From positions 506,730 through 570,729 of the forward strand of contig JACKDU010000002.1 of assembly GCA_020633335.1 (NCBI GenBank): DNA of 64,000 bases, written 5' to 3'. Source of the stretch: Myxococcales bacterium. Its GTDB lineage: Bacteria; Myxococcota_A; Polyangia; Nannocystales; Nannocystaceae. Every line of letters begins with the position of its first letter. Position 1 is the first letter of the stretch. The translations under genes were made by a program, and so were the position numbers. The notes beneath the pieces are model-generated. The model saw only the letters and a program-made list of their open reading frames with translations, searched no databases and was not told where the DNA came from. This document shows, piece after piece, positions 9,988 to 22,493 of the stretch.

Positions 9988-10007
9988 GGCCAGGCGTCGG
10001 TCGTGCC

Positions 10008-10529
10008 TCAGATCCCCTTGGTGATCCGCCAGGAGTCGCCGTCGCGGAGGAGCTCGAACTTCCCGTAGTCCTGCTTGCGCGAGAAGCGGGGCTGGAGGCG
10101 CGGGGTCCCGTCCTCGTTGAGGATCGGCTTCATGTGGAAGGACGCGTCGATCCACACGTGGACGGTCGCCCGGTCGTTGCGGACGTAGACGTCGAGGTAC
10201 TCCATCGTGAAGCGGATCGAGTCGACCTGGGCGAGGCGCCGCTGGAGGAGCGCGGGGAGCTCCTCGTAGACGATGTCGTCGCCGGGATCGTCGGTCCCCG
10301 ACTCGTCGTAGTAGGTCTCGTGGGCGGTCGTCAGGATCGCCGCCGTGTCCTGACGGACCATCGCCGTCCGGAAGCGCTCGAGGACCTGGAGGATCTCGCG
10401 GTTCTCGTCGGTGTCCGGGATCTCGGTCCCGGGGATCGTCGGCACGTTCTTGCAGCCCCCGAGCGCGGGCGCGGCGACGGCGACGACGACAGCGAGGGCG
10501 AGGCGGCGGGTGAGCTTCCGAAGGATCAT
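10008..10529 (-). CDS. lipoprotein of unknown function (possible NTF2/SnoaL-like fold)
   Basis: The ORF runs to 10580, but the likely start is the internal Met giving MILRKLTRRLALAVVVAVAAPALGGCK, a signal peptide with a lipobox Cys. The mature part is alpha+beta-like. Confidence 0.5.
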   Translation of the reverse strand: MILRKLTRRLALAVVVAVAAPALGGCKNVPTIPGTEIPDTDENREILQVLERFRTAMVRQDTAAILTTAHETYYDESGTDDPGDDIVYEELPALLQRRLAQVDSIRFTMEYLDVYVRNDRATVHVWIDASFHMKPILNEDGTPRLQPRFSRKQDYGKFELLRDGDSWRITKGI

Positions 10530-10783
10530 GCGGTCGGGACCTGGGGGTCGTTGGGGTTGGTACAGCAAAGCGCCCGCCAACGCCAGCGATCCGACGATCC
10601 CGTGGAAAGACGTGTGGTTACGCGGGGTCTCGGCGCCCGCAAGGCGCCGCCGCCTGACATTTTGTCACGGGCCCCGCCGAGCCCCTGTCACCGCGTCCCG
10701 GGACCCGCGAGTGCGCGCCCTGCGGGCCGCTGCGACCCACCACGGCCTCCCCCATCGGCGCCCGCGCCCGCTATCATCCGCCG

Positions 10784-11104
10784 GTGGCTGAAGCTCGCTT
10801 TCACCCTCGCCTGCGCATCCACGCGAACGCCGACATCATCGGCACCGAGGTCCTCCTGGCCGCGCCGGTCGAGGACGTGAGCCTGGGCGGCTGCAAGTTC
10901 GCGGGGCCCGCGTGGGAGGAGGTCGGCGCGCCGGTGACGATGATCCTCTCCTTCCCCGACCTCGGCGAGATCAACCTCCCGCTCACCGGCGTGATCGTCC
11001 GGGCCAGCGAGCGCGACATGGCGGTCCGCTTCCAGGGGCTCAGCGACGAGCAGAAGGCGCTCCTCAAGAAGCACGTCGACGAGAGCGTCGAGGCCAGCAC
11101 CTAG
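10784..11104 (+). CDS. PilZ-domain (c-di-GMP-binding) protein
   Basis: 106 aa. N-terminal RxxxR (RFHPR) and D.S.GG (DVSLGG) motifs characteristic of PilZ domains. The stop lies 13 bp before the sigma-factor gene. Confidence 0.6.
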   Translation: MAEARFHPRLRIHANADIIGTEVLLAAPVEDVSLGGCKFAGPAWEEVGAPVTMILSFPDLGEINLPLTGVIVRASERDMAVRFQGLSDEQKALLKKHVDESVEAST

Positions 11105-11117
11105 GCGAGCGCCGGCG

Positions 11118-11816
11118 ATGTCCGAAGGCCGCCTGAGCCGCGAGCAACAAGCGCTGGTCGAGCGGGTCGCGCCGCGGGTCGTCGAGATCGCCCGCGCCGT
11201 GCGATCCCAGGTCGGCACCCTCCCCGTCGAGGAGTTCGAGAGCGCCGGCTACGAGGCCCTGGTCAAGGCCGCGCTCCGCTACGACCCGGCGGCCGGCGTC
11301 CCCTTCCAGGGCTTCGCCTACCTCCGGATCCGCGGGGCGATGATCGACGCGCTGCGGGCGGCCAACCCGACGATCCGCCGGCAGAAGCGGGCGATGCGGG
11401 CGCTCGAGGCGACCCAGGCGCTCTACGAGGAGGAGGCGAAGAACGCCCCCCGCGGCGCCGATCCCCGCACGCTCAAGGAGCGGGTCGAGGCGGCGGCCGA
11501 GCTGATCCGGCAGACCACCTCGGCGGTGCTCCTCTCGCGGATGACCCCCGAGGATCCCGAGACCACCCACGACGAGGCGTCGACGCCGGCCGACGAGGCG
11601 GTGATCCGGGCCGAGCTCCACGACCACCTCGATCGCGCGGTCGGCCGCTGCGCCGACGACGAGCGCGCGCTGATCGACGCGCTCTACCACCGCGACCTCA
11701 ACATGCACGCCTACGCGGCCGAGCTCGGCGTCAGCGTGAGCACCGTCTCCCGCCGCCACGCCCGGCTCCTGCGCAAGCTCGGCACGCTGATGCCGGACGC
11801 GACCGGGCCGCCATGA
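11118..11816 (+). CDS. sigma-70-family RNA polymerase sigma factor (FliA/WhiG sigma-28-like group)
   Basis: 232 aa. Region 2 AGYEALVKAALRYDPAAGVPFQGFAYLRIRGAMIDALR and region 4 helix-turn-helix LNMHAYAAELGVSVSTVSRRHARLLRKL. Confidence 0.75.
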   Translation: MSEGRLSREQQALVERVAPRVVEIARAVRSQVGTLPVEEFESAGYEALVKAALRYDPAAGVPFQGFAYLRIRGAMIDALRAANPTIRRQKRAMRALEATQALYEEEAKNAPRGADPRTLKERVEAAAELIRQTTSAVLLSRMTPEDPETTHDEASTPADEAVIRAELHDHLDRAVGRCADDERALIDALYHRDLNMHAYAAELGVSVSTVSRRHARLLRKLGTLMPDATGPP

Positions 11817-12400
11817 CGCGGCGCCGCAGCCCCCTGCCGACGATCGCCGTCGCCCTCGCGCTCCTCAGTGGCGCGGCCTGTCGGCCCGAGGCGGCGCCGA
11901 CCGCCGACGTCGACCGGGGCGGGCGCGCTCCCGTCGCGGGCCCGCGGGCGAAGGCGGCGATCTACGGCGACGCGACCCTGGTGCCCACCCGCCGCGGCGA
12001 GCGGGCCCGCGAGGAGCTCGCGCTCGCCGGCGCGATCGAGGAGGCGCTCGCGCTCGACGGGCGCCTGCGGGCGATCCGCGTCGACGTGCGCCTGCGCGAC
12101 GGCGCGCCGCCCGAGGCGCTGATCGACCTCGCGCTCGCGGGTGGCCTCGGCGACGACGCCGAGGTGGCGGCGATCGACGCCCGCGCCGCGGCGGTCGCCC
12201 AGGCGATCCTCGGCGATCCCGCGGCCCGGATCACCCTCGACCGGGTCGCCGCCCCGCCGCCCGCCGCCCCGCCGGCGACCGGGGGCGCGCGCCTGCCCCT
12301 CGCCCTCCTCGTGCTCGCCCTCCTCGGCCTCGGCGCGAGCGCGGGGATCACCGTCGATCGCCTCCTCGGCCGCCGCCGACGGCCGCGCTCCCCCGAGTGA
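11813..12400 (+). CDS. hypothetical lipoprotein/membrane protein (possible partner of the sigma factor)
   Basis: 195 aa. ATGA overlap with the sigma stop. N-terminal lipoprotein signal LALLSGAAC and a C-terminal hydrophobic helix LPLALLVLALLGLGASAGI. Ala/Arg-rich. Confidence 0.45.
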   Translation: MTRRRSPLPTIAVALALLSGAACRPEAAPTADVDRGGRAPVAGPRAKAAIYGDATLVPTRRGERAREELALAGAIEEALALDGRLRAIRVDVRLRDGAPPEALIDLALAGGLGDDAEVAAIDARAAAVAQAILGDPAARITLDRVAAPPPAAPPATGGARLPLALLVLALLGLGASAGITVDRLLGRRRRPRSPE

Positions 12401-12425
12401 GGATCGGCGGCTATCCTTGCCGGCG

Positions 12426-14881
<2,456 letters not shown>

Positions 14882-14882
<1 letters not shown>

Positions 14883-15286
14883 TGGCCGCCACGCCGCCGC
14901 CGCGCTTCGCCCACAACCCCTTCTTTGTCCTCGGGGCCGAGCCCGATCGCCCGCGGGTCGAGCTCGAGCGCGAGGGGCAGAAGCTCCTCGGGATGCTCGA
15001 GCTCGGGCTCCGCTCGGCCGCCACCTACGCGACCCCGACCGGGCCCGAGGCGCGGACGCCCGAGGCCGTGCGGGCGGCCCTCGCCGAGCTGCGGGCGCCC
15101 GAGAAGCGGCTCCTGCATGAGCTCTGGGCGAGCTTCGCCCGAGCGGAGGCGGACGCGGACGCCAGCGCGAGCGCGGGCGCCGATCCCTTCCGCAGCCCCG
15201 CCCAGCCGAGCGCGCCGAAGAGCGACGACGACGAGGGCCCGGGGATCGCCGGCGCGTTCGCGCTCTTCGGCTGGAGGCGCCCGTGA
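14882..15286 (+). CDS. small J-domain-like protein lacking the HPD motif
   Basis: 135 aa. The start overlaps the Hsp70 stop (TGATG). NPFFVLGAEPDRPRVELEREGQKLLGMLELG aligns with helices I-II of a DnaJ J-domain, but no HPD tripeptide is present. Confidence 0.4.
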
Positions 15287-16803
15287 GCGCGCGCCCCTGG
15301 ACCCGCGCCGGTCGCCGCCGCTCCGCGCTCGCGCTGGTCGCCGCGGCGCTCCTCGTCGGCGGGCTCGTCGGGCGCCTCGGGGCTGGCGGGGCGATCGCCC
15401 GCCGCGGCGATCCGGCGCTGGTCTTCGCCGTCCTGATGGTCCTGGTGACCGTCGGCCTGACCCTCCTCGGGCTCCTGATCACCCTCCGCGGCGCCTTCGG
15501 CTGGCCCCTCGCCCGCTTTGTCCTGATCCCGCTCGGCCTCGGCCGACCCGCCGCCTACCTCGCGCGCCACGCCAACCAGTGGCAGCGCGATCCCGAGGGC
15601 GGGGCGGCGCTCGCCGAGGCGCTCGCGCTCCTCCGGCGGCCGCGCCACGACCCCGCGGCGGCCGAGCGGATCGCCGCGCTGGTCGACAGCGTCGCGACGA
15701 TCGGCGCCGCTGGGATCACCGCGTCGGCGCTCGCCAGCGCGAGCCGGGGCGACCGCGACGGCGCCCGCGAGCTCCTCCTCGGCGCCCTCGAGATCGAGGG
15801 GACCAAGGCGCTCCCCTTCCCCCAGCGGATCGCCCGGGCCTGGCTGATCGCCGACGCGGCCGAGCGCGGCCGCTGGCGCCGGGTGGTCGAGCTCGCCGAC
15901 GCGCGCGGCCCCGCCCTGCCAGCGAGCGCCCGCCTCCTCGCCGGCGCCGCCGCCCGCTTCGCCGGCACCCACTCGCCGACCGACACCGGCCTCTGGATCC
16001 TCTGGCTCTTGAGCCCTGGCCACAAGGACAGCCGCCCGCTCCTCGAACGTGCGATCGCCACCCCCCGGGTGCTCCACCGCCGCCCCGACCTCGAGGAGGC
16101 GCCGGCGCGCGGCGGCGGGGTCGACGAGCTCGGCCCGCTCCCGAGCGAGCCGCTGCCGCGGGCGCTCGCCCTCCACGCCCACTGGATCGCCCGCGATCCC
16201 CTCCACCTCCGCCTGGTCCCGAGCCGCCTCGGCGACCTCTGCCGGGCCTGGGACGAGGTCCACCGCAGCGGCGCCGCCCGCCGGCAGGCCGAGGCGAGGG
16301 CCGCCCGCCTCGGGATCCTCGGCCAGGCCGAGGCGATCGTCGAGCGCTTCCACGACGAGGTCGCGGCCGACCTCGCGGACCTCTCCCTGCGCTCCGGCGT
16401 GGCGATCGCCGGCCTCGTCGATCCGCCGGGCGAGCTCTCCCAGCGGGCGATCTTCCGGGTCCGCTCGCAGCTCCTCGAGGGCGTCGAGGAGCTCGCCGAG
16501 ACCATGGAGTCGCGGACCGTCGACAAGCGCGCGCTCCCGGCGGTCGAGGAGTGGCGGGCCTGGAGCGAGCTCCGGCGGCGCTACGAGCGGGCCGGAGCGC
16601 TCGGCGGCCTCGACCTCCGGCGCCTGATGTTCCCGCAGGTCCACCGCTCCGCCTGCAACTTCGCGGTCTGGCTGTGGAACGAGCGCAAGGAGACCGGGAT
16701 CGCCAAGCCGATCTTCCGCTGGCTCCTCACCGAGGCCGAGGCGGTCGGCGACGAGGCGGCGATCGATCTCCAGCGGCGCAACCTCGGGGTCAAGGGCGGC
16801 TAG
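15283..16803 (+). CDS. membrane-anchored hypothetical protein (two N-terminal TM helices plus a large helical cytoplasmic domain)
   Basis: 506 aa. GTG start overlaps the previous stop (GTGA). TM helices ALALVAAALLVGGLVG and VFAVLMVLVTVGLTLLGLLITL. The remainder is Ala/Arg/Leu-rich and helical with no recognised motif. Confidence 0.5.
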   Translation: MSARPWTRAGRRRSALALVAAALLVGGLVGRLGAGGAIARRGDPALVFAVLMVLVTVGLTLLGLLITLRGAFGWPLARFVLIPLGLGRPAAYLARHANQWQRDPEGGAALAEALALLRRPRHDPAAAERIAALVDSVATIGAAGITASALASASRGDRDGARELLLGALEIEGTKALPFPQRIARAWLIADAAERGRWRRVVELADARGPALPASARLLAGAAARFAGTHSPTDTGLWILWLLSPGHKDSRPLLERAIATPRVLHRRPDLEEAPARGGGVDELGPLPSEPLPRALALHAHWIARDPLHLRLVPSRLGDLCRAWDEVHRSGAARRQAEARAARLGILGQAEAIVERFHDEVAADLADLSLRSGVAIAGLVDPPGELSQRAIFRVRSQLLEGVEELAETMESRTVDKRALPAVEEWRAWSELRRRYERAGALGGLDLRRLMFPQVHRSACNFAVWLWNERKETGIAKPIFRWLLTEAEAVGDEAAIDLQRRNLGVKGG

Positions 16804-16918
16804 GCGCTCGAACCTGTCTCTTCGGACACCACCGAGAGGCGCGCGACCGCGCACATCCCATCGAGCGCCCCACCCTTGCGGAGGCTCCGTCCCCTCGGCA
16901 CGATCAGCGCGCCCCCGC

Positions 16919-18262
16919 GTGGACGACCTCGAGCCGATCATCACGACCTCCGAGCTCGCCGCCCACCGCGATCCCGGCGACGCCTGGGTGGCGATCGACG
17001 GGGTGGTCTACGACCTCGGCCGCTTCCTCGCCGAGCACCCCGGCGGCCCGGTGATCGAGCGCTGCCTCGGCCGCGAGTCCGGGGCGCTGATCCGGGCGAG
17101 CCACGTCGCCGAGCTCGATCGCCTCCTCGCCTCCCCGGCCTGGCGCGCGAAGGCCGGGATCCGCCGCGTCGGCCGCCTCAAGGACGCCGCGATCTGGCGG
17201 GTGAAGGGCCGCTGGGGCTCCCGCGTCGTCTTCCCGCGCGAGGACGACGAGCTCGGCGTCGAGCTCCGTCGCCGCGTCCGGGCCTACCTCGCAAGCGCGT
17301 CGCTGCCGGCGATCCCCCGCAACGGCGCGCTCCTCGATGTGATCATCGTCGGCGGCCTCTTCTTCCTGACCTGGTACGGCGGCCTCGTCCTCGGCCACGC
17401 CTGGATCGCCGCCCTCTGCGGGGTGATGACCGCGCTCCTCGGCATGAAGCTCGGCCACGCCGCGCTCCACGGCGGCTTCGCCCGGACGCCGTGGATCCGC
17501 CGCCTCGCCGGCCACGCCTTCGACTTCGCCGGCGCCTCGTCGATCGCCTGGGAGATCGAGCACGACGACCACCACTTCAACACCAACACGACGATCGACA
17601 CCGACCTCCAGCACTGGCCGCTCCTCCGCCTCCACCCCGCGCAGCCGCGGCGCTGGCATCACCGCCTCCAGCACCTCTACGTGCTCCCGCTCTACTCCCT
17701 GGTCGCCGCCCGCTGGTGGCTGATGAGCCCGATCGAGGGCCTCGCCGGCCGGGGCGCGCGTCGCCAGGTGATCCCGCTCCTCCTCCGCGCGGCCAACCTC
17801 GCGCTCCTCGCCGCGCCCTTCTTCCTCTTCCCGGCGGCCGAGGCCGCGGGCCTCCTGGCGATCTACTTCGTCACCACGAGCTACGTCACCAGCCTCAACT
17901 TCGCGGTCACCCACGTCAACGATCGCGTCGAGTACATCGGCGAGGCCGGCCCGACGCGCTCCTGGACCGAGGAACAGATCCGCACGGCGAGCGACTGGCG
18001 GGCCGGCTCACGGGTCTTCTGCTGGCTCAGCGGCGGGCTCAACCATCAGATCGAGCACCACCTCTTCCCCACCCTCGATCCCCGCCACTACCCGGCGATT
18101 GCGGCGATCGTCGAGGCGCTCTGCCGCGAGCGCCAGATCCCCTACCGCAACTTCCCGACCTTTCGATCGATCCTCGCGGCCCACCTCCGCCACCTGCGGG
18201 CGATGGGACGGCGTGAGGACGCGGCCGAGCGCGCCGCTTCGGCGCAGGCCCAGGTCGGCTAG
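16919..18262 (+). CDS. cytochrome b5-fused membrane fatty-acid/sphingolipid front-end desaturase
   Basis: 447 aa, GTG start. N-terminal cytochrome b5 heme motif EHPGGP. Histidine boxes HDDHHF and a third box QIEHHLFP (QxxHH), which is typical of front-end and sphingolipid desaturases. Multiple TM segments. Confidence 0.8.
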   Translation: MDDLEPIITTSELAAHRDPGDAWVAIDGVVYDLGRFLAEHPGGPVIERCLGRESGALIRASHVAELDRLLASPAWRAKAGIRRVGRLKDAAIWRVKGRWGSRVVFPREDDELGVELRRRVRAYLASASLPAIPRNGALLDVIIVGGLFFLTWYGGLVLGHAWIAALCGVMTALLGMKLGHAALHGGFARTPWIRRLAGHAFDFAGASSIAWEIEHDDHHFNTNTTIDTDLQHWPLLRLHPAQPRRWHHRLQHLYVLPLYSLVAARWWLMSPIEGLAGRGARRQVIPLLLRAANLALLAAPFFLFPAAEAAGLLAIYFVTTSYVTSLNFAVTHVNDRVEYIGEAGPTRSWTEEQIRTASDWRAGSRVFCWLSGGLNHQIEHHLFPTLDPRHYPAIAAIVEALCRERQIPYRNFPTFRSILAAHLRHLRAMGRREDAAERAASAQAQVG

Positions 18263-19419
18263 ATCGCGGCCCGGAGGATCGACGCGAGCGCGTCGTCGCT
18301 GAGCTCGACCGGGTTGCCGCGCATCGAGCTCGACCGCCGGGCAGCCGCGACGATCGCGGGGATCTCCGCCTCGCCGACCCCGTAGGCCGCGAGCCGCTGG
18401 ATCCCGAGCTCGTCGGCGAGGCGCGCGAGCCAGGCGACGCCGGCGTCGATCGTCGCGTCTGGCCATCCGGTCAGGAGGCGCGCGACCTCGAGGTAGCGAT
18501 CGAGCGAGGCCGCGGCCGCGTCGCCGCGGCGGGCTCGGAGCGCCGCGACGTTGGCGGCGACCACCGGCGGCAGGAGGCGGGCGCAGACGGCCCCGTGGGG
18601 CGCCGGGAACATCCCGCCGATCGGCCCCGCGAAGCCGTGGACCGCCCCGAGCTTGGCGTTCGCCAGGGCGAGGCCGCCGAAGAGGCTGGCCAGCGCCATC
18701 TCCGTGCGGGCCTCGAGATCATCGCCGTCGGCGACCGCCCGCCGGAGGGCGCCGGCCGCCCGGGCGATCCCGTCGCGGGCGAGCGCGTCGGTGATCGGGC
18801 TCGGCTGATTGCAGACGTAGGGCTCGATCACCTGGGTGAGCGCGTCGAGGCCGACGTCGGCGGTCAGCGCCGGCGGCATCGAGCGCGTCAACCCGGGATC
18901 GACGATCGCCACCGGCGGCAGCATCTTCGGCGAGCGCAGGCTGACCTTGACCCGCGCCTCGGGGACCGCGAGGACCGCGTTGCGGGTGACCTCGGAGCCG
19001 GTGCCCGCCGTCGTCGGGATCGCCACGAAGGGCGCCGGATCCTCGCTCAGCGGCCGCCCGCGACCGACGACCTCGAGGTAGTCGAGGGGCTCGCCGGGGT
19101 TGGTCAGGAGGGCGGCGATCGCCTTGCCGGCGTCGATCGCCGAGCCGCCGCCGAGGCCGATGACGAGGTCGCAGCCGGCCTCCCGCGCCCGCGCGACGCC
19201 GGCCAGCGCGTCGGCGACGGTCGGCTCGCCGCCCACCGTCCAGCCGACGATCTCGACGCCGGCGTCGGCGATCGCGTCGATGACCGCGGGGAAGCGCCGC
19301 GGCGCCCGACCAGTGACCAGGAGCGCGCGCCGACCGAGGGACGCGGCGATCGCCCCAGCCTCGATCCCGCGCCCGACCCCGAAGAGGATCCTCCCCGCGC
19401 TCGCAAATTCGAAATTCAC
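18259..19419 (-). CDS. iron-containing (group III) alcohol dehydrogenase
   Basis: 386 aa. GGGSAIDAGKAIA NAD-binding motif and the Fe-ADH His-rich region. The stop overlaps the desaturase stop region (convergent). Confidence 0.8.
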   Translation of the reverse strand: MNFEFASAGRILFGVGRGIEAGAIAASLGRRALLVTGRAPRRFPAVIDAIADAGVEIVGWTVGGEPTVADALAGVARAREAGCDLVIGLGGGSAIDAGKAIAALLTNPGEPLDYLEVVGRGRPLSEDPAPFVAIPTTAGTGSEVTRNAVLAVPEARVKVSLRSPKMLPPVAIVDPGLTRSMPPALTADVGLDALTQVIEPYVCNQPSPITDALARDGIARAAGALRRAVADGDDLEARTEMALASLFGGLALANAKLGAVHGFAGPIGGMFPAPHGAVCARLLPPVVAANVAALRARRGDAAAASLDRYLEVARLLTGWPDATIDAGVAWLARLADELGIQRLAAYGVGEAEIPAIVAAARRSSSMRGNPVELSDDALASILRAAI

Positions 19420-19420
19420 G

Positions 19421-19726
19421 CTACCAGCCCGCCTCGTCGGGGAAGACCTCGCGGTAGACGATCGCCGAGCGCGGCTCGGCCATCATCGACGCGACCGCGT
19501 CGCGCCAGGTCCTGTAGTGCTCGGTCTCCTTGTGACGCGCCGGATCGTCGACCGTCCGGTAGACCTCGACGAGGACGAAGCGGGTCGGATCGTCCTTCGC
19601 CTGGATCACGTCGAAGCGGGCGATCCCCGGCTCTTGCACGCTCGCGCGGGCGTTGGCGACGCTCGCCTCCTTGAAGGCGTCGACCGCCTCCTCCTTGACG
19701 TGGACGAAGACGTGGACGATGTGCAT
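19421..19726 (-). CDS. antibiotic-biosynthesis-monooxygenase (ABM)-like small protein
   Basis: 101 aa ferredoxin-like fold. It starts 1 bp after the Fe-ADH start on the same strand, so the two are probably co-transcribed. Confidence 0.6.
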   Translation of the reverse strand: MHIVHVFVHVKEEAVDAFKEASVANARASVQEPGIARFDVIQAKDDPTRFVLVEVYRTVDDPARHKETEHYRTWRDAVASMMAEPRSAIVYREVFPDEAGW

Positions 19727-19773
19727 CGCCGTCGACTATCGCCCAGCCGCCGCCCCGCGAGAAGGGGGTGGGC

Positions 19774-20478
19774 TCACTCGACCGGCGCGCCGCTGAGGTC
19801 GCAGCCGGCGAGGTGCCAGCCCGGCCGATCGCCGCTGATCACCACCCGCACCGGCCCGCTCCCCGCGTCCTCCGGCCGCTCGTGGCGGTAGAGGAGCGTC
19901 GAGCGCTCGTCGCCGGCGACGCTGAAGGACGCGGCGCCGTCACTCGCGGTGAAGGTCGTCCCGGGCTGCGACGCCTCGACCGCGCACTCGACGAGGTAGC
20001 GGTGCCCGGCCTCCGCCTCAAAGGTCAGGTAGGCGGCCGGACGAAGGGGCCCGCGGAAGACCTCGGGCGCCCCGCGGAAGCTCGCGTGGTCGCCCCGGAG
20101 ATCGACGTGACCGCCGCGCGAGACGAGATCGAGGCGCTGACCGCCGGCGGCGATCGGCTCGCGCACGCCGAGGGCGATCGGCCCGTCGATCGCCGCGGCC
20201 GCGACCCCGAGGAGCGCCGCCCGCTCGCGCGCCGGCAGGCGGCGGAGCTCGAAGCCCGGCGCGTCGTCATCCGCCGCGAGCGAGGCGACGAGGGCCGCGT
20301 CGAGCCGGCTCGCGCCGCGATCGCGGAGGCGACGGGCGGCCGCCTCGGCGTCGGACTCCGCGCTCGGGCTCGTCGCGTCGGCGACCTCGTCGGGTCCGCT
20401 TGAGGCGTCGATCGCCCCGCTCGCCGCGACCAACCCGAGACCGACGAAGAGGACGAGGACCCGACGGAACATCGCCAT
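19774..20478 (-). CDS. secreted hypothetical protein
   Basis: 234 aa. N-terminal signal peptide MAMFRRVLVLFVGLGLVAASGA. No recognisable domain. Confidence 0.4.
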   Translation of the reverse strand: MAMFRRVLVLFVGLGLVAASGAIDASSGPDEVADATSPSAESDAEAAARRLRDRGASRLDAALVASLAADDDAPGFELRRLPARERAALLGVAAAAIDGPIALGVREPIAAGGQRLDLVSRGGHVDLRGDHASFRGAPEVFRGPLRPAAYLTFEAEAGHRYLVECAVEASQPGTTFTASDGAASFSVAGDERSTLLYRHERPEDAGSGPVRVVISGDRPGWHLAGCDLSGAPVE

Positions 20479-20598
20479 GGCCCCACCCTACGACAGAAGC
20501 CCGCGCGATCGCGACCACCTGCCCCAAAAGACAGAGTGATGGAAGGGTGCGAAGCGATCGGCGCGCAAGTCGATGCACATGCGAAGGCGAGTGCCCGA

Positions 20599-22446
20599 TC
20601 AGCCCGCGCGGCCGCTCCCCGACGACGCCGCCGACAGCCCGCCCTCGTCCGTGCCGCTCGCCTCACCCCGCCGCAGGAGCGCCCGCGCGTGGGCCCAGAC
20701 GCAGATCAGCGCCGCCGGCGTGATCCCCGGGATCCGCGCGGCCTGGCCGGTGCTGGTCGGCCGCACCCGGGCGAGGCGCTCGGCCGCCTCCCGCGTGAGG
20801 CCCGCGAGCGCGTGGTAGTCGACGTCTGCGGGCAGCGGCAGCTCCTGGCCGGCCGCCCCGCGGATCCGCGCGATCTCCCGCGCCTGCCGCTCGCGGTAGC
20901 CGGCGTAGCAGCGCTCTGCGCGCGCTCGCGCGCCGATCCACGCCTCCAGCCCCTCGGCCTCGGGCTCGCGCCCCCGCTCGAGGGCGACGATCGCCTGCCC
21001 CACCCGCTCGAGGCGCGCCTGCACCCGCGCGTGGCGGGCCGGCGTGATTAGCCCCGCGATCGCGGCGAGCTCGCTGAGCCGGGCGTCAGCGTTGTCCTCG
21101 CGGAGGATCATCCGGTACTCGGCGCGCGACGTGAACATCCGGTAGGGCTCGTCGCAGCCCTGGGTCACGAGGTCGTCGATCATCACGCCGACATAGCCCT
21201 GGTCGCGGCCGATCCGCAGCGGCTCGGCGCCGACGAGTGCGAGGGCCGCGTTGGCGCCGGCGACGAGCCCCTGCGCGCCGGCCTCCTCGTAGCCCGAGGT
21301 CCCGTTGATCTGACCGGCGAAGAAGAGCCCGTCGATCGCCTTGGCGGCGAGGCGATGATCGAGCGCGCGGGCGTCGACCGCGTCGTACTCGACCGCGTAG
21401 CCCGGCCGCAGGATCACCGCCGCCTCGAGCCCCGGGATCGTCCGGATCATCGCCTCCTGGACCGCCGCCGGCAGGCTCGTCGAGATCCCGTTGGGGTAGA
21501 CGGAGACGGTGTCCAGGCCCTCCGGCTCGAGGAAGACCTGATGGCGCGCCTTGTCGGCGAAGCGGACGATCTTGTCCTCGATCGACGGGCAGTAGCGAGG
21601 GCCGCGTCCGGTGATCGCCCCGCCGTAGATCGGCGACTCGTGGAGGTGGCGGCGGATCAGCTCGTGGGTCGCCGCGCCGGTCCAGGTCAGGGAGCACTCG
21701 ACCTGCGGGAGGATCGGCGGCGGCCCCTCGAGATCGTCGGGGAGCGTGAAGCGAGGCAGCGGCGCCTCGCTCGGCTGACGCTCGAGGCGCGGGTCATCCC
21801 AGGCGATCGTCCGCCCGTCGAGGCGCGCCGGCGTGCCGGTCTTGAGGCGCCGCAGGTCGAAGCCCAGCGCCCGCAGCGAGCGCGAGAGCTCGCTCGCCGG
21901 CGGCTCGCCGACCCGACCGCCGGGGGTCTGCTCGCCGCCGGTGTGGAGCACCCCGCCGAGGAAGGTGCCGGTGGTCACGACCACGGCGTCGGCGTCGATC
22001 CGACCGCCGCCGACCAGCTCGACCCCGCGGACCCGAGCGCCGTCGACCGCGATCGCCGCGACCAGCCCCTCGATCACCTCGATCGCCGGGTGGCCGAGGA
22101 GCGCCGCGCGGGCGATCCCCCCGTAGCGCGCCTTGTCGACCTGGAGGCGCGTCGCCCTGACCGCCGGCCCCTTGCTCGCGTTGAGGATCCGCCCGTGGAT
22201 CGCCGCTCGATCGGCGGTCCGCCCCATGAAGCCGCCGAGGGCGTCGATCTCGTGGACCAGGTGCCCCTTGGCGACCCCGCCGACGCTCGGGTTGCAGGGG
22301 GTCTGGCCGATCGTGTCGAGGCGCCCGGTGACGACGATCACCCGCGGCCGACCCCCGCCCCGCCCGGCGGCGACGCGGGCGGCCGCGAAGGCGGCCTCGA
22401 GCCCGGCATGGCCGGCGCCGACGACGATGAGGGTGGGCCCCGACAT
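20599..22446 (-). CDS. mnmG: tRNA uridine-5-carboxymethylaminomethyl(34) synthesis enzyme MnmG (GidA)
   Basis: 615 aa. FAD-binding [12 protein letters not shown]. MnmG signature [22 protein letters not shown]. Confidence 0.9.
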   Translation of the reverse strand: MSGPTLIVVGAGHAGLEAAFAAARVAAGRGGGRPRVIVVTGRLDTIGQTPCNPSVGGVAKGHLVHEIDALGGFMGRTADRAAIHGRILNASKGPAVRATRLQVDKARYGGIARAALLGHPAIEVIEGLVAAIAVDGARVRGVELVGGGRIDADAVVVTTGTFLGGVLHTGGEQTPGGRVGEPPASELSRSLRALGFDLRRLKTGTPARLDGRTIAWDDPRLERQPSEAPLPRFTLPDDLEGPPPILPQVECSLTWTGAATHELIRRHLHESPIYGGAITGRGPRYCPSIEDKIVRFADKARHQVFLEPEGLDTVSVYPNGISTSLPAAVQEAMIRTIPGLEAAVILRPGYAVEYDAVDARALDHRLAAKAIDGLFFAGQINGTSGYEEAGAQGLVAGANAALALVGAEPLRIGRDQGYVGVMIDDLVTQGCDEPYRMFTSRAEYRMILREDNADARLSELAAIAGLITPARHARVQARLERVGQAIVALERGREPEAEGLEAWIGARARAERCYAGYRERQAREIARIRGAAGQELPLPADVDYHALAGLTREAAERLARVRPTSTGQAARIPGITPAALICVWAHARALLRRGEASGTDEGGLSAASSGSGRAG

Positions 22447-22493
22447 GGCCGCGGGAGGGTAGCAGATCGCCGCGGAGGCGATACTCTCGCCCC

